In this document: piece after piece, positions 60,701 through 64,000 of the stretch
How the letters are laid out: every line of letters starts with the position of its first letter
Numbering within the stretch: the stretch's first letter is position 1
Assembly: GCA_001599295.1 (NCBI GenBank)
Contig: BCGN01000009.1
Location: 124,001 to 188,000 of the forward strand
Source of the DNA: Sporopachydermia quercuum
Taxonomy: Eukaryota
Direction: 5' to 3'
DNA length: 64,000 nucleotides
The notes under the pieces: model-generated
What the model saw: only the letters and a program-made list of their open reading frames with translations
What the model was told of the DNA's origin: nothing
Databases searched by the model: none
Position numbers and translations under genes: made by a program

Positions 60701-62501
60701 CATACCGGATGTGGCCAGCGAGAAGCCGACGTTCATTCTGGCCACGACAGCACACCGGAAAACCAAACGGGCGAACGAGGATACTAAAGAAAACAACCGG
60801 AACTCGGAACGGTTGGAGCTGATAAAGAGAAAAGCTGGTGAGCTCGGATCATTCAGCAGGTATTTTTCATCTTCCCGGGGTGAGGACGACGATGAGGACG
60901 AGGAGGAAGAAGAAGAGGGAAGTAATAGTGAGGAAGGCGTGAATGGGTCGGAGTCAGAGACGATAACGGGAACTATATCGGACAGGAAAAGCAAACGGGA
61001 AACGGACAATATCGCGGAGCAGGAACCCCTTTTGGAAGCTGATATTGATCCAATGACGGAAAAAATTACTAGGAAAACAGCTAGAGGCTCTACTGAGCCG
61101 GAGAATAAGTCTATTGATCATCAGGCAGAGAAACTAAGCGAATTGCGCATATCAAGTAAACCTGCTGGTATTGCAATTTCCTATGACAGCAGCAATAGCA
61201 GTCACAACGTTTGTGAGAGTGAAATAAAGCAGAAACGGAACTTTTCATTAGGTAATTTTCACTTGCCTTTGTTAAGCAACCATAATAACGGCAATGATAT
61301 AAATAGTAACAACGGAAACCATAGCAACTGTTTCGCCCATGATGTTGATGACGACGATGATGATATTTTACTGAATGGTGTTAGTGGAATTAGAAACGGA
61401 ACTAGAAACAGAAATAGAAACGGAGCTGATCATAAAACAGGGAGCATTCAGAAAACTGTCGATGTTTATATCGAAAGCGACAATGATAACTCTGACGTTA
61501 ACTCTGGCGATTCTGGTAATGATTCTGATGATCCTGGTGTAAATGGTATGAAGAACGGAAACAACAGGAGCAGTAAAAGTCCTCAGAAAGGAATAAATAG
61601 GGATTTCTCAGCTTCTACAACTCCTGTGTTGATCATTCCTTCTACCAATGACGATGTTATTGTTCATGCCGTTAAAAGGCGCAAGGTCTCTAGCACCAGC
61701 ACCAGTGAAGACAGCGACGATCATAGCATTCATAGCAACCATGCTTCATTATCCACCAACAAAACCGCAGTGATAAACGAATTATCACCAATAGATAAAG
61801 CTGTTTCTATCCCAAGTGAAGAAGAAGGCGACGAAGTCCAAGTGCAACATAGCAGAAACAAACATGTTTATACTAGCGAAAGAGCAAGGAAAACCAATAG
61901 GAATAAAACAGCCTTTAACAATGAAAGTGTTAGTTTGGCGTGGAAAAACATGCGATCGACAGATGATGATGATGAAGCTGTTGATATAATAGCAAAAGAT
62001 AAAAGACTTGATTCTGACTCTGAAGACGAATTGGTTCCTACGTCTACATTCAATGTTGTGAATGATACTGTCCAGTCATCAAACCAGCCTATATTAATAC
62101 CAGTTAATATCATCAACAGTAAGTCACCACCAGGAAGTAACAGTAGTAAGAATAGAAATACTGGTTCTAGTTCTAAAAGGACTTCACCTTATAGCTATAA
62201 ATTCACCCTAGGAACTGAACTAGATGATAGGAGTACTGGCTATGCAGCTAAGGGCATACTGAATTCCCTGAGTGCATCTAAACCAGCAATCACGGGTAGA
62301 AATTTAGTAAAGAAGTTCAATTTGAATACCAAATATAATCCAGGATTACACGTGAACAGGAACGGGAACGGAAATGGGAATGATAATGATGTCGCAATCG
62401 TACTTGATGATCCACCAGGGCTGATATCAACTCCTGCTAGGAAAAGGTCCAAGAAACAAAGGTCAGTAGGCCATCAGCATTCTCCTATTAATTTAGAGTG
62501 A
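57798..62501 (+). CDS. ULP2: SUMO isopeptidase (peptidase C48), Ulp2-type
   Basis: FLNDTVINFF, HIFNTFFFEKL, VKRWTAKVDIF, HW (His), LDSL (Asp) and QPNYCDCG (Cys); central catalytic domain with long disordered flanks; ATG at 57798. Confidence 0.9.
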   Translation: MGLDSPTKQNPVFLGKDLKSIKPRPTRISLNGFSAPINNIDGNSSNSSSSNKDDLNILTRKYGIQESGPKTYAKLKPISASEFYSKKASNSINPFDDITSFATSVLPPQLKSVTAVTRTPIAIDAEPKDERQVQQFDLRRVLKDGYSELPETSSSLKVRIEFLYNDKRQTKFIIYNRNLPQHKLSTITTRSTVIYVCDSTKEMIIAPEGKLIDALYLKFTSYKGQDFIKLADEVAFSSHSKLQLENHNQISKLFVELQRRRTEKEIAANSVVINDNDNSDDSNEDQKTSANSATRGNKDITEWAKSATSSLKNANISLSRSRSRSSSRTSSPSRSRSKSPTAKGKLRSRRHETRRNSYTNYDAGDIAITESFGKPYTYTFQDRKRIDITEDDYNTLLPDSFLNDTVINFFTKLLHDQMKASKDIDREGVKEGVKLETTETSLSRSXSPSKSPSLAVKEEIKPVGSPKLTPKLTRQQLIAEQTHIFNTFFFEKLTQKNKAGTKTPYENVKRWTAKVDIFKKKYIIIPVHGNMHWFVVIIYNLPSIQSVESKDDVASNMHTMCGNKTNEPMALRSRRSAREECSEEPSDTIKSTQREESPESQEESQEDSQSDEDEEKILEKEPEETNESEAEIQHERAKEEEDVSLIPLSGSTTKFSEPATQSTKLAVKVTKSSSSSFPSSASSSSSFCSNPIIFVLDSLRMPHQGIIKPLREYIAAEALNRKNLKIDKDSIKMKTVYVPLQPNYCDCGVYVINFVDKFLQQPEEIIRLWMEYKSPSNRRENKPIIESLDAIFDEAGMKTKRKEYQKFLRDLRSSSFAQVKVIEEDTDNKGXSSNSSNNKSNDSNSSIGNSNTTPTTESEFSTGELQQEKEILVLNTEEREESAAGSESASQEEEPDAHYSDNSDEASMINTVGKNKSLLGPSIQSKSKSLLNLKSRHNFSQHQGTIEPEVTSSRSTASPSSGPSTSTGIPDVASEKPTFILATTAHRKTKRANEDTKENNRNSERLELIKRKAGELGSFSRYFSSSRGEDDDEDEEEEEEGSNSEEGVNGSESETITGTISDRKSKRETDNIAEQEPLLEADIDPMTEKITRKTARGSTEPENKSIDHQAEKLSELRISSKPAGIAISYDSSNSSHNVCESEIKQKRNFSLGNFHLPLLSNHNNGNDINSNNGNHSNCFAHDVDDDDDDILLNGVSGIRNGTRNRNRNGADHKTGSIQKTVDVYIESDNDNSDVNSGDSGNDSDDPGVNGMKNGNNRSSKSPQKGINRDFSASTTPVLIIPSTNDDVIVHAVKRRKVSSTSTSEDSDDHSIHSNHASLSTNKTAVINELSPIDKAVSIPSEEEGDEVQVQHSRNKHVYTSERARKTNRNKTAFNNESVSLAWKNMRSTDDDDEAVDIIAKDKRLDSDSEDELVPTSTFNVVNDTVQSSNQPILIPVNIINSKSPPGSNSSKNRNTGSSSKRTSPYSYKFTLGTELDDRSTGYAAKGILNSLSASKPAITGRNLVKKFNLNTKYNPGLHVNRNGNGNGNDNDVAIVLDDPPGLISTPARKRSKKQRSVGHQHSPINLE

Positions 62502-64000
62502 AGATTGCCGTTGACAAAGGACAGGGAAGAATAATGAACTAGTAAACATTGGCGCTAGGAATTAGAATAAAGTATGTAGTTTCCTCAGCTCTTCCGTACT
62601 TCAGTTTCTATATGCCTTTACTGTTATCAAATAGTCAAATAATTACATATCAGCATTATATAGTAAGACTAATGTAGTCGCCAAATGGTTTGTTTGTCAT
62701 AGTTGCCATACAGAATGGAATAGTTTAATACTAATAGATGACCGTTTACAATATGGTATACAAATATTAGCAAATAGACTAGTAGAATTACATTAGCTCG
62801 CCCTATATTTATTAGTAGGAGTATATGGAGGTAACGATAAACAAAATTACTACACTAAGGATTGAATAACTGAAGCGACATAGTGTATCAAGTTCAAACG
62901 ATGCTATCTTCTTTCGCTACTTGTACATTTCTGCTACATAACCAACTATTAGTTGGGAAGTACTATTTGGTTCTATCAGAAAAAAAAGGCTGTTTTCATC
63001 TTTCAATAATAAGCCATTCTTTTGAAGTCTTTGTAGGATTCTCAACAGCATTGCATACAGTCCGTCAACCAAGGCCATGAAACCGAAACTGAAACCGAGA
63101 GGTAGAGCGCAGTTTTTATCGGATAAATTATCATTCTAAGCAGGAGTTTGATGGAACTCTGTGCGCTGCAGAGTTATGCAGATGATAAAACTATTATTTA
63201 CTGGGTTTACTATAGACATATATATATTCCACTGGATAGTAATTAGAATCTATTACATACTACATGGAGGAAATAAAACAGTATGATAATTCAGAGAGTA
63301 AGCAGTAAATGTAGTGATATTGATATTGGCATCTGAAGACCCTTCTAGAACGTCTGTTTATCAGAGATGGATAATAGAAAGGGAGTATAAAAAGTAGTAA
63401 GTAAGATAGAGTAGTACAATCTATGGGAGTATTAGTTAATTCTAGCTATCACAATAGTATCAAACACCAACTGGAGTTCTAGTCAGTGGAAAAAGTTACT
63501 CCAATATTACTATATTTCCGATTTTTTGCTTTACTCCTCTACTTCCCTTTTCCTTATTTCTTTCCTAGTTTCAATATATCGATCGTAGTTGATTGATTAT
63601 ACTAATAACTCTTAATGTCATCATATCTTCTAGTGAGTTTGACATACATTTTCTAGTTGACTACTTCCACATTATCCATAATTCCATTACTATATCAACA
63701 ATAAAATATCCTCATTTCGTCTTTCAAAAGGCTGCCGCTGCCAAGTTCTTCTCCTGTCATCCGTCTTCCTTTCATGCTTTGGCATCTGGCACTTCATCAG
63801 TACCAAAGTAATAGTGAATCACATCTAGCACTTTATTGAAATACCGCAGTGATAAAACAACAACTATCAAGTAAATAATAATAAAACTATCGATTCTCTT
63901 GCTCTGACTTTCTGTTAGATTCAATCCGTCCTTATTCTCTGTATCTTTATCTTTTTCTGCTTTTGATGTATCTACTTCGACCGTAGCAGCAGGGCCAGCA

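Noticed and set aside
63700..64000. Possible 3' end of a minus-strand gene entering from the window edge (AGPAATVEVDTSKSRKR*, or a hydrophobic ~66-codon frame)
   Set aside because: Too short and frame-ambiguous to support without flanking sequence.

Overview
A 64-kb gene-rich, AT-rich chromosomal segment from an intron-containing budding yeast (Saccharomycotina-like). CUG appears to encode Leu, and scattered N calls may be heterozygous or low-quality sites. Recognisable genes in order: RSP5, a small orphan ORF, ECL1, an MDR1/Pmd1-type ABCB transporter, tRNA-Ala(AGC), an intron-containing tRNA-Arg(ACG), SEN34, PMC1, RFA1, RPN14 (4 exons), a Myb-domain protein, RPC40 (3 exons), a DUF1746/Dsc4-like gene (4 exons), UTP22, MDM38/LETM1, CWF19 (2 exons), a U1-type zinc-finger WBP4-like gene (2 exons), TIM44 and ULP2. 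The best-supported non-genic observation is two solo LTRs, each with its own 5-bp target-site duplication, stacked 9 bp upstream of tRNA-Ala. This indicates repeated Ty3-like, Pol III-targeted insertion. More speculative are a ~1-kb hairpin-rich candidate ncRNA between the convergent PMC1 and RFA1 genes and an H/ACA-like element with snR30/U17-like motifs after RSP5. All calls come from reading the sequence by eye; no searches were run.
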